A DNA stretch of 64,000 nucleotides, taken from contig CAVZMH010000001.1 of assembly GCA_963776345.1 (NCBI GenBank), positions 160,001-224,000 on the forward strand, given 5' to 3'. The translations under genes were made by a program, and so were the position numbers. Below, piece by piece: positions 32,413 to 42,882 of the stretch (the first letter of the stretch is position 1; each line of letters opens with the position of its first letter). The stretch comes from an uncultured delta proteobacterium (lineage in GTDB: Bacteria; Myxococcota; Myxococcia; Myxococcales; Myxococcaceae). Below the pieces are notes generated by a model, which ran no database searches, was not told the DNA's origin, and saw only the letters and a program-made list of their open reading frames with translations.

Positions 32413-33156
32413 ATGACGCTCGACGGACGGGTGGCGCTGGTGACCGGAGGAGGCATCCGGCTGGGCCGGGCCATCGTGCAGGCGCTGGCCGGCGACGGCG
32501 CCACGGTGGCGGTGCACCACCACGGCTCCGGGGAGGCGGCGCAGGGGCTGGTGGCCGAGCTCCGGAAGGCCGGACGCCGCGCCGAGGCGTTCCGGGCCGA
32601 CCTCACCGACGACGCCGAGCTCGTCGCGCTGGTCCCGGAGGTCGAGCGCTCCCTCGGGCCGGTCTCGGTGCTGGTCAACAGCGCGGCGCGCTTCACCCGG
32701 GCCACCTTCCTCGACACCGACGCGGCGACGCTCGACGCCGAGTGGCGCCTCAACGCCCGTGCGCCGTTCCTCCTCACCCGCGCGGTGGCCCGGGGCATGG
32801 TGGAGCGGAAGGACGGGGTGGTGGTGAACGTGCTGGACATCGGCGGCGCGCTGGTTCCTTGGCGCAACTACTCCGCGTACTGCATGACCAAGGCGGCGCT
32901 GCACATGCTGACCCAGGTGCTGGCGCTCGAGCTCGCCCCGCACGTCCGGGTGAACGGCGTGGCGCCGGGCACGGTCCTCCCCCCCGAGTCACTTTCACCC
33001 GAGGAGCGGGAACAGCTCCGGTCCCGCATCCCGATGCAGCGCTTCGGCACGCCCGAGGACGTGGCCGAGACGGTGCGCTTCCTGGTGGCCGGGCCGGACT
33101 TCATCACCGGCCAGGTGGTCGCCGTGGACGGGGGGCGGCTCCGGGGGAGCCGCTGA
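32413..33156 (+). CDS. SDR oxidoreductase, pteridine reductase (PTR1/FolM)-like
   Basis: TGGGIRLG (Arg-containing pteridine reductase signature), LVNSA, YCMTK, VNGVAPG. Confidence 0.85.
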   Translation: MTLDGRVALVTGGGIRLGRAIVQALAGDGATVAVHHHGSGEAAQGLVAELRKAGRRAEAFRADLTDDAELVALVPEVERSLGPVSVLVNSAARFTRATFLDTDAATLDAEWRLNARAPFLLTRAVARGMVERKDGVVVNVLDIGGALVPWRNYSAYCMTKAALHMLTQVLALELAPHVRVNGVAPGTVLPPESLSPEEREQLRSRIPMQRFGTPEDVAETVRFLVAGPDFITGQVVAVDGGRLRGSR

Positions 33157-33216
33157 GCCAGGGCGGATGGGGGCCCACCCGTGGAAACCCGGTCCCGCCG
33201 TGGATATACAGGGGCC

Positions 33217-33597
33217 ATGGACACCTCGACCGCCACCCCCGCGGCTCCCGCCCCCGCTGCCACGCCGGCGTTCCCGTTGAAGCTCACCGCCCGTGCGGTC
33301 GAGCAGGTCAAGGCGGTGCAGAAGGCGCAGGGCTTCGAGGGGTACTACCTCTCGATTCGGGTCGCCCCGGCAGGCTGCAGCGGGTTCGGCTACGACCTCG
33401 ATCTGGTCAAGGACATCTCGGCCAACGACGTCGTCGGCGAGCAGGACGGGATCCGCCTGGTCACCGACGCGCTCAGCCAGCAGTACCTGGCGGGGACCGA
33501 GGTCGACTACGTGGTGGGCACCACCACGGCGGGGTTCAAGTTCGAGAACCCGAACGCGAAGAGCACCTGTGGTTGCGGTACCTCGTTCTCCACCTGA
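33217..33597 (+). CDS. iscA: A-type Fe-S carrier protein (HesB/IscA family)
   Basis: AGCSGFGY, FKFENPNA, CGCGTSF. Confidence 0.93.
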   Translation: MDTSTATPAAPAPAATPAFPLKLTARAVEQVKAVQKAQGFEGYYLSIRVAPAGCSGFGYDLDLVKDISANDVVGEQDGIRLVTDALSQQYLAGTEVDYVVGTTTAGFKFENPNAKSTCGCGTSFST

Positions 33598-33607
33598 CCT
33601 CCCGGGC

Positions 33608-34105
33608 TCAGGGCTCGAGCAGGCGCTGCCACTCGCGCACGCTGTCCCTCCGGCCGAGCCGCTCCTTCCGGCGCAGGTGAGCGGCCTCGAACGCTGCCCG
33701 CTCGTCGGCGGTGTCCAGCCTGAGCGGCGGCACCTCCGCCCGGCTGCCGTCCGGGTTCAGCGCGACGAAGGTGATGAGGGCGGTGGTGGTGAGGTGCTGC
33801 TCACCGGTGAGCGGATTCTCGGCCGTCACCCCCACCCCGATCTCCATCGAGCTGCGGAACGCGGCCAGCACCCGCGCCCGGAGCGTCACCACCCAGCCGA
33901 CGCGGATGGAGGCGTGGAAGTGGAGGTCGTCCATGCTCGCGGTCACCACCGCGTGCCGGCAGTGCCGTCCCGCGGCGATCCCCCCGCACACGTCGATCCA
34001 CTCCAGCACCCGCCCGCCGAACGCCGCGTTGAGCGGGTTGGCGTCGGAGGGGAGGATCATCTGCATCATCACCGCCACGCTCTCGGAAGGGCTCTTGGGC
34101 TCCAT
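33608..34105 (-). CDS. Hotdog-fold acyl-CoA thioesterase (YciA-like)
   Basis: DANPLNAAFGG, WID, VTASMD, SSMEIGV. Confidence 0.92.
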   Translation of the reverse strand: MEPKSPSESVAVMMQMILPSDANPLNAAFGGRVLEWIDVCGGIAAGRHCRHAVVTASMDDLHFHASIRVGWVVTLRARVLAAFRSSMEIGVGVTAENPLTGEQHLTTTALITFVALNPDGSRAEVPPLRLDTADERAAFEAAHLRRKERLGRRDSVREWQRLLEP

Positions 34106-34119
34106 GCTGGGAGTGCTCT

Positions 34120-34914
34120 CTAGCCCAGGACCTCGCGGAGCAGATCAGGTCTGTCGGTCATGATGCCCCCGACGCCGATGCCGACCAGCGCCCGCATCGT
34201 CTCCACGTCGTCGACGGTCCAGACGTTCACCCAGCGGCCCAGGCGGTGAGTGGCCTCGAGGAACGGCCCGTCCACCAGCCGGACCTCGCCGTAGTCCAGC
34301 GGCATGTCCAGGACCTGGAACCTCGGGTCGTCGGGCGCCTCGGCGCCGGACTTGATGGCCAGGACCAGCTGGGTGAGCGCGTCGCGGGGATAGAACGCGC
34401 AGACCTCGGGCGCCGCCTCGACCAGGCGCTCGGCGAGCGGATCCAGCTCGCTCCCGAGGCAGACCCGGCCCACCGCACCTTCGGCCCGGAGCAGGGTGGC
34501 GATCGCCGGCTCGACGCCCGGCGCCTCCGCCTTCACCTCGACGTTCAGCCGGAGCCCGGGGAACGACCGGAGCACCTCCACGAAGGTGGGCACGCGCACG
34601 CCCTGGTCCCGGAACGGGTGGGTGCGTCCGCCGTCCGGTGAGAAGTGAAACCCGGCGTCGAGCCGCTGGAGCTCGGCCAGCGTGTGGTCCGCGATGCGCC
34701 CGTGGCCGTCCGTGCAGCGCTGGAGGGTCGGGTCGTGCGAGACGACGAGCTCGCCGTCGCGCGTGGCGTGCACGTCGAGCTCGAGCATGTCCGTCCGCCA
34801 GCGGTCCACCGCCGCCCGGAACGCGGCCAGCGTGTTCTCCGGGGCGAGCAGCGCCCCGCCGCGATGGGCGATGTGCAGGGTGGGGCGGAGCCCCTCGAGG
34901 AAGGGGTGGCGCAT
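34120..34914 (-). CDS. Glycerophosphodiester phosphodiesterase
   Basis: IAHRGG, PENTLAAF, ELDVH, SHD, NVEVK, WTVDD, IMTDRP. Confidence 0.94.
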   Translation of the reverse strand: MRHPFLEGLRPTLHIAHRGGALLAPENTLAAFRAAVDRWRTDMLELDVHATRDGELVVSHDPTLQRCTDGHGRIADHTLAELQRLDAGFHFSPDGGRTHPFRDQGVRVPTFVEVLRSFPGLRLNVEVKAEAPGVEPAIATLLRAEGAVGRVCLGSELDPLAERLVEAAPEVCAFYPRDALTQLVLAIKSGAEAPDDPRFQVLDMPLDYGEVRLVDGPFLEATHRLGRWVNVWTVDDVETMRALVGIGVGGIMTDRPDLLREVLG

Positions 34915-35046
34915 ACGACCTCAGTGTCCGCTCTTCGGCCGTCCTGTGCTCCTCCGATGTGACGTCCGGGCCCGGTCTCGCAAGCGGCTGGAATTCCAGG
35001 GGCTGGCTCTCCCGGGAGACCGGCACGTACAATTCGAGGGCTGGCC

Positions 35047-35847
35047 ATGGCACGCCCGCGGACGCACAAAAACATCGTCAAGAAGAGGACTTACGCGTCA
35101 GGGCGACTCGCCGTGGTCCGGTCCCGTCTGCCGGAACCGCAGCGGCTGCTCCGGGTGTGGAAGCGCGTCCTCGAGCGGAGGCTGCGGGCCCGCCTCCGGT
35201 CCGAGGTGTTGGTCGAGGTTCACGACAACACCCACACCATGGTGACCTTCGAGCGGGTCCGCGGCGGCTGGCGCCTCCGCCTGCACCACATGTTCCTCGC
35301 CGCGCCCGAGGAGGTGGTGACGGCGCTCGCCGAGTTCGTGCGCTCCGCCGACGCGCGGAGCTCGGCGGTGCTCGACCGGTTCATCGAGCGGAACAAGGCC
35401 TTCATCCGGCGAGTCTCCCCGGCCCAGCTTCGCCGGCGGCTGCGCATCGAGCCGGTGGGCCGCCACCACGACCTCTCGGCCATCTTCGCCGCGCTGAACC
35501 GGCGCTACTTCGCCGGGCGCATCGCCGCGACCATCACCTTCGGCCCGGCGCCGCGCAGCCGGCGTCCACGGAAGAGCATCAAGATGGGGAGCTACTCGGC
35601 GGACTCGCGCGTGATCCGCATCCATCCGGCGCTCGATCAGCCGAAGGTGCCCCGGTACTTCGTGGAGTGGATCGTCTTCCACGAGATGCTCCACCACGTC
35701 TACCGCGCCCGCGTCGGCGACGACGGCCGGCGGTGCGTGCACCCGCCCCAGTTCGTGGAGCACGAGCGCCGCTTCCACGATTTCCACCGCGCCCAGGCCT
35801 GGGAGAACGAGAACCTCGACCTGCTGCTCCGGGCCCGCGTGGGCTAA
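35047..35847 (+). CDS. SprT-like zinc metalloprotease-domain protein
   Basis: LNRRYF, MGSY, IRIHPALD, FHEMLH, HPPQF. Confidence 0.78.
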   Translation: MARPRTHKNIVKKRTYASGRLAVVRSRLPEPQRLLRVWKRVLERRLRARLRSEVLVEVHDNTHTMVTFERVRGGWRLRLHHMFLAAPEEVVTALAEFVRSADARSSAVLDRFIERNKAFIRRVSPAQLRRRLRIEPVGRHHDLSAIFAALNRRYFAGRIAATITFGPAPRSRRPRKSIKMGSYSADSRVIRIHPALDQPKVPRYFVEWIVFHEMLHHVYRARVGDDGRRCVHPPQFVEHERRFHDFHRAQAWENENLDLLLRARVG

Positions 35848-36783
35848 CCGAGCGGACAGGCGTGGCCAGGGATCATCACGGGCTCGCCCGCCCGGGAGCG
35901 GTCCCGAGGGGGCTCGGGTGCTCCCGCGCCTCGAGCCTTCGTGGGTCCTCGCCTGTCCCGTCGAGAGCAGGACCACCCCGGCCACCTCCACCACGAGCCC
36001 GGGGACGAAGCCCGCGGGGACCCGCTCACCGAGGACCCACACCCCGGCGAGCGCCGCCAGGGCGGGCTCGACGGCGCAGAGCGCGGCGACGCGGGTCGCA
36101 CCGAGCCGGACGATGGCCGTGCCCTTGGTGAGGTAGGCGCCGTAGGTGCAGACCAGCGCCAGCAGCGCCAGCGCGCCGAGCGTCCCCGATGGGTGGGCCG
36201 GGATCCGGGCGGAGGGCAGGAGCACCAGCGCGGAGGTGGCCGTGGCCAGGGCGAGCGCCCGCGGCGAGCCGCTCGCCCTCCCCAGCCGCGCGCTCCCCAC
36301 GTAGAACAGCGCGTAGGCCACCGCGGCCAGCGCGGGCGGGAGCAGCGCCGGCCAGGCGACCTCGCCGGGCCGCGGCGCCCCGGTGGCCACCCAGACCCCG
36401 CTGACGCTGACCAGCGCTCCGGCCAGGCGGCGGAAGGTCGGCGGCTCGCCGAGCACCAGCCAGGAGAGCGGAACGACGAAGGCCGGCGCCGCCTCGGCGA
36501 TGGCCGTTCCCAGCGAGACTCCCGCCGTGCGGAGTCCCCACTGGTACGAGGCGGAGAGCCCGGTCAGCAGCACGCCCCCGAGCACCATGGCCCCGCGCCT
36601 CTCGTCCCGCCGGAGTCCCGGTGCGCGCGCCAGGCGGGCGTGCAGGAGGAACACCGGTGCGGCGAGCGCTGCGCGCCAGAACGAGATCTGCAGCGGCCCG
36701 AGGCCGTCGGCGGCGGGCACGGTGCTCAGCAGCCCGAGCGAGGCGGCGAGCACCGCGGAGAGGAGCGCGAGCAGGGTGCCCAC
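35844..36783 (-). CDS. EamA/DMT-family transporter; probable frameshift ~35950
   Basis: About ten hydrophobic helices, FWRA, APAFV, LGEP, AVEPA, LGER. The frame otherwise runs antisense through the SprT gene; an alternate frame stops at 35844. Confidence 0.8.
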
Positions 36784-36791
36784 GGTGCGGC

Positions 36792-37490
36792 TCAGCGCTG
36801 GAGGCGGAGGGTGCGGATCTGCTCGACCTCGAGCACCTCGGCGAAACGGTCCGCCAGCGAGGCCAGCGCGACCTCCTTCACCACTGCGGCATCGACGGGC
36901 GGCCGACCGAGAACCCCGGGGAGGGTCCGGGTGGCGGTCGCATCGGCCGCGACGATGACCTCGTAGCCGAGCACCGCGGCGTCCCGGGCGCTGGTGTCCA
37001 CGGCGAGGTGGGTCATGATCCCGGCGAGCACCACCGTCCGGATCCCGAGCGCCTTCAGCTGTGCGTCGAGGTCGGTCCGGGAGAACGCGCCGGCGACGTG
37101 CTTGACCATCAGCACCTCCCCGGGCCGGGGGCGGAGCGAGGGGAGGAGCTCCACCGTCGGCGATCCGGGGGCGAAGAGCATCGAGCCGGGGCGGGTGACG
37201 TTCTGGACGTGGATGACGTGCACCCCCGAGGCACGGGCCCAGGCGAGGAGGACGCCGGCGCGCTCCACCGCGGCGGCGGCGGTCGGGATGGGCAGCTTCC
37301 CGGAGACGAACTCCTCCTGGAAGTCGACCAGGACCAGCGCGGTGCGGGCCGGGTCGATGGCCTCGGTCGGGGGGACCTTGTACATCGCCCGCAGGGTGGT
37401 GGGTTCGGCGGCGGCTCCCGCGGACGTGCCGAGGGACGCGCCGAGGAGGGACACGGCGACGGGGGAGAGCCAGGAGTGGGTTCGGTTCAT
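36792..37490 (-). CDS. Isochorismatase/cysteine-hydrolase-family protein with signal peptide
   Basis: TALVLVDFQ, VKH..GAF..TDL, LAGIMTHLAVDTSARDA. Confidence 0.86.
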   Translation of the reverse strand: MNRTHSWLSPVAVSLLGASLGTSAGAAAEPTTLRAMYKVPPTEAIDPARTALVLVDFQEEFVSGKLPIPTAAAAVERAGVLLAWARASGVHVIHVQNVTRPGSMLFAPGSPTVELLPSLRPRPGEVLMVKHVAGAFSRTDLDAQLKALGIRTVVLAGIMTHLAVDTSARDAAVLGYEVIVAADATATRTLPGVLGRPPVDAAVVKEVALASLADRFAEVLEVEQIRTLRLQR

Positions 37491-37563
37491 GGCCCCTGGA
37501 TGCCCGCGAGGGCCGCGCCCACGCCAAGGCGATGGCGCCTGGCCGGCATGCATGGCTGCAGGG

Positions 37564-38452
37564 TCAGCGGCCGGCGCGCGACGGGGAGAGTCCGGCCGCC
37601 ACGAGGCAGTCCTGCACCCACGCGGCGACCGCGCGAACCCTTCCCGCTGCCTGGAGCTCGCGGTGAACCACCCAGAAGAGGTCTCGCTGGACGCCGGTGT
37701 CGAAGAGATGGACGAGCCCAGGCTCGCTCCCGGCGTACCAGGTGGGCAGGACCGCGATCCCCACGCCGGCTCGCGCGGCGGCAGCGAGCGAGGGGACGCT
37801 GTTGGTCCGGAACGACGTCTCGCCGGGCGCCGCGGAGAGCCACGCTCCCTCGGGTGTCCCGGCGAGCTCCTGGTCGAACCCCACCAGCTGGTGCGTCGTC
37901 AGCTCGCCGAGGGACCGCGGCGCGGTGCGGTGCGCGAGGTACGTCTCCGAGGCGAAGGCGGCGTAGCCGACGGAGGCCAGCTTCCGGGCCACCAGCCCCG
38001 GCTGGTCCGGGCGGGCGAGCCGGAGCGCCACGTCCGCCTCGCGCCGGGGAAGGCTGAGCGCCCGGTTGTCCACGTGGAGGGAGAGCCGGACTCGCCGGGT
38101 GCGTCTGGAGCAGCTGCGGCAGCCGGGGCGCGAGCAGCCGGCTGGCGATGGACTCCAGCGTGGTCAGGCGCACCGGACCCGAGGCCGCGGCGTCGGTCGC
38201 GTCGATGGCGCGGCCCAGCGCGAGCGCCTCCTCCTCCATCCGCTCGGCCCGGAGCCGCGCCTCCGTACCCGCCGGGGTCAGGACCGGACCGTCACGCCCT
38301 CGCCGGAACAGCCGGGTCCCGAGCGCGGCCTCGAGCGCGCTGACCCGCCGGCCCACGGTGGTCTGGTCCACCCCCAGCGTCCCCGCAGCGGCGGTGAAGC
38401 TCCCCGAGCGGCAGACGGCGAGGAAGACCCGGATGTCGCCCCAGTCGAGCAT
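37564..38452 (-). CDS. LysR-family transcriptional regulator; frameshift ~38093
   Basis: WGDIRVFLAV..SGSFTAAA..LGVDQTTVGRRVSALE HTH; the substrate domain (READVALR) is in the next frame. Confidence 0.9.
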
Positions 38453-38460
38453 CCGGTCGG

Positions 38461-39660
38461 TCAGGGAAGGATGAGACCGCCCGGGCTCCGCCTCTCGCCG
38501 GGCGGAGCCTCGGGGTCGGGCGCGGCGCCGGCGCCCTCCTCGCGCGTGCCACGGGGGGCCTGGGCCGCCCCGCGCGCACCCCGGCGGGTCATCAGCGCCA
38601 GCACCTTGACGAACAGCTGCTCGGCGAACGGGGGGAAGAGCCCCGCCGAGGCGTGGAACAGCCGCCGCGCAGTGGCCCGTGCCACCCTGGCCGGCTGCTC
38701 CGCGCCGCGCCGCTCGAGCGCCGGCGCCACCGCCCAGAGCCGGCGGGCGTAGAGCCGCCGGTGGGGCGCGTCGAAGAACTCCTCGGCCTGGCTGCGGACC
38801 CGCTCCCGGAGCGCCTCGGCCTGCTGCTCGGGGCTGAGGGCCAGCGGGCTGGTGCGCAGCTCGTCGAGGCGGAGCGCGAGCCGCTTCAGCTCGGGCTCGG
38901 GCGGGAGCCAGGCGGCGAGCTCCGGCTCCCGGTGCAGCGCCCCGCTCTCCACGGTCAGCGCCGCGTCGCCCTCGTCGGGGAGGGGGAGAGGGGGAAGCTC
39001 GGCCGCCGCCGCCTCGATGCCGAGGTGCCGGAGCGCCAGGTCGCTGTCGGGAGGGAAGGGCGTCCGGGAGGCCAGGTTGCAGCGCACGGCCTCGGAGAGC
39101 AGCGCCCGGCCCTCCTCGGCCGACAGCGGGAGCAGCCGCTCCATCTCCGGGCTCCGGGTGAGCTTCCGCCAGGCGCTGCGGCCCATCTCGGCGCGGCTGA
39201 GCGAGAGCAGGCCCAGCTCGTCCGAGACAAGCGCCTCGATCACCTCGACCCCCCCGCGCATGGGCCCCGCGAGGAGCAGGGCGCGCTGTCCCGTCCCGTC
39301 CGGGACGCTGGCGAAGCCAGGGAGCGACTCGGCCGGCGGCGGGGGAGCGGGAGCCGGCGCCTCCGGCGGACGGGCGCGCTCGGCGACCGTCACCCCGGCG
39401 GAGCGCAGCCGGTACAGGGCACGGCGCGCCGCCTTCGCCACCTCGCGATCGGCGGAGCCCGAGAGCTGCTCGGCGGGGCCCGACCGACGCATCTCCACCG
39501 CGGCCTCGAGCACGGCGATCGCCAGCTCCGCCGGGAGCGCCCCGGCGTCCGCGGTCTCGCCCGCGAGGGTCCTCCGGGCCAGCTCCCAGTCCTCGCCCAG
39601 CACCCCCTCGGGGGCGGCCTCTCCGGCGCGCAGCGCCTCCGCCAGCTCGTCGGTGTTCAT
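38461..39660 (-). CDS. Conserved hypothetical helical protein
   Basis: ATG overlaps the upstream stop; AKAARRALYRLRSAG, DGTGQR; ends SPGGLILP. Confidence 0.72.
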   Translation of the reverse strand: MNTDELAEALRAGEAAPEGVLGEDWELARRTLAGETADAGALPAELAIAVLEAAVEMRRSGPAEQLSGSADREVAKAARRALYRLRSAGVTVAERARPPEAPAPAPPPPAESLPGFASVPDGTGQRALLLAGPMRGGVEVIEALVSDELGLLSLSRAEMGRSAWRKLTRSPEMERLLPLSAEEGRALLSEAVRCNLASRTPFPPDSDLALRHLGIEAAAAELPPLPLPDEGDAALTVESGALHREPELAAWLPPEPELKRLALRLDELRTSPLALSPEQQAEALRERVRSQAEEFFDAPHRRLYARRLWAVAPALERRGAEQPARVARATARRLFHASAGLFPPFAEQLFVKVLALMTRRGARGAAQAPRGTREEGAGAAPDPEAPPGERRSPGGLILP

Positions 39661-41225
39661 CGGCTCCGGTTCTCCAGCCAGGCCATACCACCCGCGGTGT
39701 CGACGGGGGTCACCTCCGTCCCGAACCGGGCGCCGAAGACCGCCCTCGGGTCGACCCCCCGGACCAGGAAGTGGCTGTACGCCGGGCCCATGGTGTCCCA
39801 GCGGAACCCGTCCGGCCGCCACTCGCTGGGGAAGGTGGGCGGGGGCGTGCCGCGGTAGCGGATGGGCGAGTGCGGCGTCCGGGCGAAGCTGAAGTTGGTG
39901 ATGCCGCCCCGCAGGCGCGCCGGGACCGCCGCCGCGTGGAGGAAGACCGGATGGCGCACCACGCGCGAGCCCGGATCGAACACCAGGCCCATGATGCGGG
40001 GGCCGGGCGGCGTCTCCTCGGCGAAGCGGAGGAGCGGGGCGGCCTCGAGGTCGAACGCCCGGAAGCCCATGCCCAGCGGCACCGCGAGCACCAGCGCCGC
40101 CACCGCGCCCGCGCCGAGGAGCAGCGGGCGGAGCCGCGCGGCGAGGGGCGGCAGCGCGGCCACGGCGAGCGGCGCGGCGAGGTGCGCGTAGCGCGTGTTC
40201 AGGTAGTAGACGGCGCCGCGGATGTCGAAGGGCAGGGCGAGGAACAAGAGCCCCGCGAGCAGGGCGAGGCCTGGGAGCCGCCACCGCTCCACCGGCCCCT
40301 CGCGGGAGCTGGAGCGCTGGCCGGCGATCCACAGCGCGAGCGCGACCACCGCGACCGCGGTCACCGCCCGGAGGCCCCAGCGGTCCGAGCCATCGCGCAG
40401 GAGGTTGGCGAGCACCTCGGGGAACTCCTGGACGTTCTGCCGGAAGGGCTTGAAGGAGAGGTTCCGCGCCGAGAGCAGCGGGCCCCAGGCCTTCCAGGGC
40501 GCACCCTCCTCGACCTCGGCCGGGGCGAGCAGTCGCCCCGCGCCCCACACCAGGAACAGCAGGGCCGCCGGCAACGTGGAGAGCACGGCGGGCAGCCGCG
40601 GGCGCAGCGTGCGCCGGGTCGCGTCCTCGGGCACCCGGGTGGTGAGCAGGAGGAAGGGGAGCGCGAGCGCGAGGAACAGGAACCCCTGCACGTGCATCAG
40701 CACCACGGTGAGCAGCACCCCGGCGTGGGCCGCTGCCCATCGCCGGCGTCGGTCTGCGTCGGCGAGCGCGCGGACGAACAGCCCCGCGGCGAGCAGGGCC
40801 AGGACGAACGAGGCGCTGGAGTTGACGAAGCCCCAGCCGAAGCTGTCGCCGTAGCCGAAGGGCACGGTGAGCACCGCCGGCCAGCGCGGCCGCCCGAGCG
40901 AGCGGAGGAGGAAGGCCATCGCCAGCGGAAGGCCGACGACCATCGCGGAGAGGAAGAATCGGTTCGCCAGCTCGAGCGGTACGAGCCAGGAGAGCGCGGA
41001 CACCGAGACGTAGTAGCCGAGGTACGGCGTCAGCTCGGCGCGCGCGGCGAACAACCGCGGGTAGAGCGTGGTCGGGTCGTCGAGCCGGTGGAGCACCGAG
41101 ATGAGGTGCAGGTGCTGCGGCAGGTCCACCATCGGCAGCTGGCGCGCGCACCAGAGGGGGGCGACGCCGGCCAGCAGGGCCAGGGTGAACGCCGTGCGGG
41201 CCACCCTCGGGTCGCCGGCGGTCAC
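39657..41225 (-). CDS. Polytopic membrane protein, GT-C glycosyltransferase-like
   Basis: First-loop motif LPMVDLPQH, PYLGYY, WGFVN, about 11 TM segments and a soluble C-terminal domain. Confidence 0.65.
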   Translation of the reverse strand: MTAGDPRVARTAFTLALLAGVAPLWCARQLPMVDLPQHLHLISVLHRLDDPTTLYPRLFAARAELTPYLGYYVSVSALSWLVPLELANRFFLSAMVVGLPLAMAFLLRSLGRPRWPAVLTVPFGYGDSFGWGFVNSSASFVLALLAAGLFVRALADADRRRRWAAAHAGVLLTVVLMHVQGFLFLALALPFLLLTTRVPEDATRRTLRPRLPAVLSTLPAALLFLVWGAGRLLAPAEVEEGAPWKAWGPLLSARNLSFKPFRQNVQEFPEVLANLLRDGSDRWGLRAVTAVAVVALALWIAGQRSSSREGPVERWRLPGLALLAGLLFLALPFDIRGAVYYLNTRYAHLAAPLAVAALPPLAARLRPLLLGAGAVAALVLAVPLGMGFRAFDLEAAPLLRFAEETPPGPRIMGLVFDPGSRVVRHPVFLHAAAVPARLRGGITNFSFARTPHSPIRYRGTPPPTFPSEWRPDGFRWDTMGPAYSHFLVRGVDPRAVFGARFGTEVTPVDTAGGMAWLENRSR

Positions 41226-41801
41226 GTCCCCGCTTGCTGCGACACCAGCACCGGCCACCCGCTGGCCATGGACTCGCGGAGGAAGGCCGCCAGCCGCCGC
41301 CGGGTCAGGTTGACCGACGCCTGCATCGGATCCACCAGCGCCTCCTCGCCCGCGCTTCGCTCGCGGCGGAGCGAGACCGGCTCTCCGCACCGCTCGCAGC
41401 GGATGCTCACGTCCCTCACCAGCCCGAGCGGGACGGCGTACCGGGTCGCGCAGCGCTGGCACTTCCAGACCAGGGCCCGCTCCCCCTCCTCGGCGGCGGC
41501 GAGCGACCTCGAGCTGGTCCGCCATGCGGAGGATGGCGGGGAGGTCCTGGGGCGGCTGCGCGAAGACCAGCGAGGGCGAGGCCTGCGGGCCCGGCGCTCC
41601 CATCCGCGGAAGGTTCTCGGAGGCGAACATCTGGGTGAGGCGGTCGCGGACGCGCTGGTCCCGGAACTCGACCCCGGCCACGGCGCGGTCGATCAGTCCC
41701 GCGCTCGCCGGAAGCTCCGGCTCCATGACCGCGTCGGGAGGAAGCAGCTGCGGCGGCGCGACCAGCCGGTGGCTGGGGATGGAGAAGAAGCGGATGCCCA
41801 C
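41222..41801 (-). CDS. Zinc-ribbon hypothetical protein; frameshift ~41505
   Basis: Joined frames give ...ERALVWKCQRCATRYAV...IRCERCGEP...GWPVLV. Confidence 0.7.
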
Positions 41802-41863
41802 GATCAGGAGAAGGGTTTACCCTCGCCCGTCTCCGGGAGCAAAGGTGCAGCGCGGGCCGCCGC

Positions 41864-42802
41864 TCAGGACCAGTCCAGCATCCGCTTCAGCGGCTTGTAG
41901 GCCGCGAGCCGGAGCGCCTCGGGCATCACCAGCTCCGGGGACCGCTCGGCCATGCAGCGCCAGAGCTTCTCCAGGGTGTTCATCTTCATGTACGGGCACT
42001 CGTTGCAGCTGCAGCCGTTGTCCGGAGGCGCGGGGATGAAGGTCTTTTCCGGAGCCCGGGTCTTCATCTGGTGGAGAATTCCCGCCTCGGTGACCACGAT
42101 GAACTCGCGCCTGGGGCTCTTCAGCACGTGTTCGAGGATGCCCTTGGTGGAGCCGATGTAGTCGGCGTGCTGGAGCACCCGCTCCAGGCACTCGGGGTGC
42201 GCCACCACCTCCGCGTCCGGATGTTGCACCTTGAGCTGGACGAGGAGCTTCTCGCTGAAGATCTCGTGGACGATGCAGCTGCCCGGCCAGAGGATCAGCT
42301 CCCGCCCGCTCTGCTTCTGGACCCAGCGCCCGAGGTGCTGGTCGGGGGCGAAGATGATCGGCCGGTCCCTGGGGGCCTTCTCCACCATCTTCACCGCGTT
42401 GGACGAGGTGCAGATGACGTCGCTCATCGCCTTCACCTCGGCGGAGCTGTTGACGTAGGTGACCACGAAGGCGCCGGGGTGCTTGGCCTTGAACGCGGCG
42501 AAGGCTGCCGGAGGCGTCCGATCGGCGAGGCTGCAGCCGGCCTGGAGGTCGGGGAGGAGAACCTGCCGGGTGGGATTGAGGATCTTCGCCGTCTCGGCCA
42601 TGAAGTGCACGCCGCAGAAGACGATGACCCGCGCCTCGGTGCGCGCGGCCTCCTGCGCCAGGGCCAGGCTGTCCCCGATGAAGTCGGCGACGTCCTGGAT
42701 GTCGCTCTCCTGGTAGTAGTGCGCGAGGATGACCGCGTTGAGCTCCTTCTTCAGCGCGCGGATCGCCGAGTCGAGCTCTGTGGGAGCGGGCGTGAAAGGC
42801 AT
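41864..42802 (-). CDS. nadA: Quinolinate synthase
   Basis: [39 protein letters not shown]. Confidence 0.97.
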   Translation of the reverse strand: MPFTPAPTELDSAIRALKKELNAVILAHYYQESDIQDVADFIGDSLALAQEAARTEARVIVFCGVHFMAETAKILNPTRQVLLPDLQAGCSLADRTPPAAFAAFKAKHPGAFVVTYVNSSAEVKAMSDVICTSSNAVKMVEKAPRDRPIIFAPDQHLGRWVQKQSGRELILWPGSCIVHEIFSEKLLVQLKVQHPDAEVVAHPECLERVLQHADYIGSTKGILEHVLKSPRREFIVVTEAGILHQMKTRAPEKTFIPAPPDNGCSCNECPYMKMNTLEKLWRCMAERSPELVMPEALRLAAYKPLKRMLDWS

Positions 42803-42882
42803 GCCGGCGTGACTCCTTCTGCCGCTCGCTTAACCGCCCCGCGTCGAGACTTCCAGCGCCGGGGAGAGGAGCGGGCCCGAGG

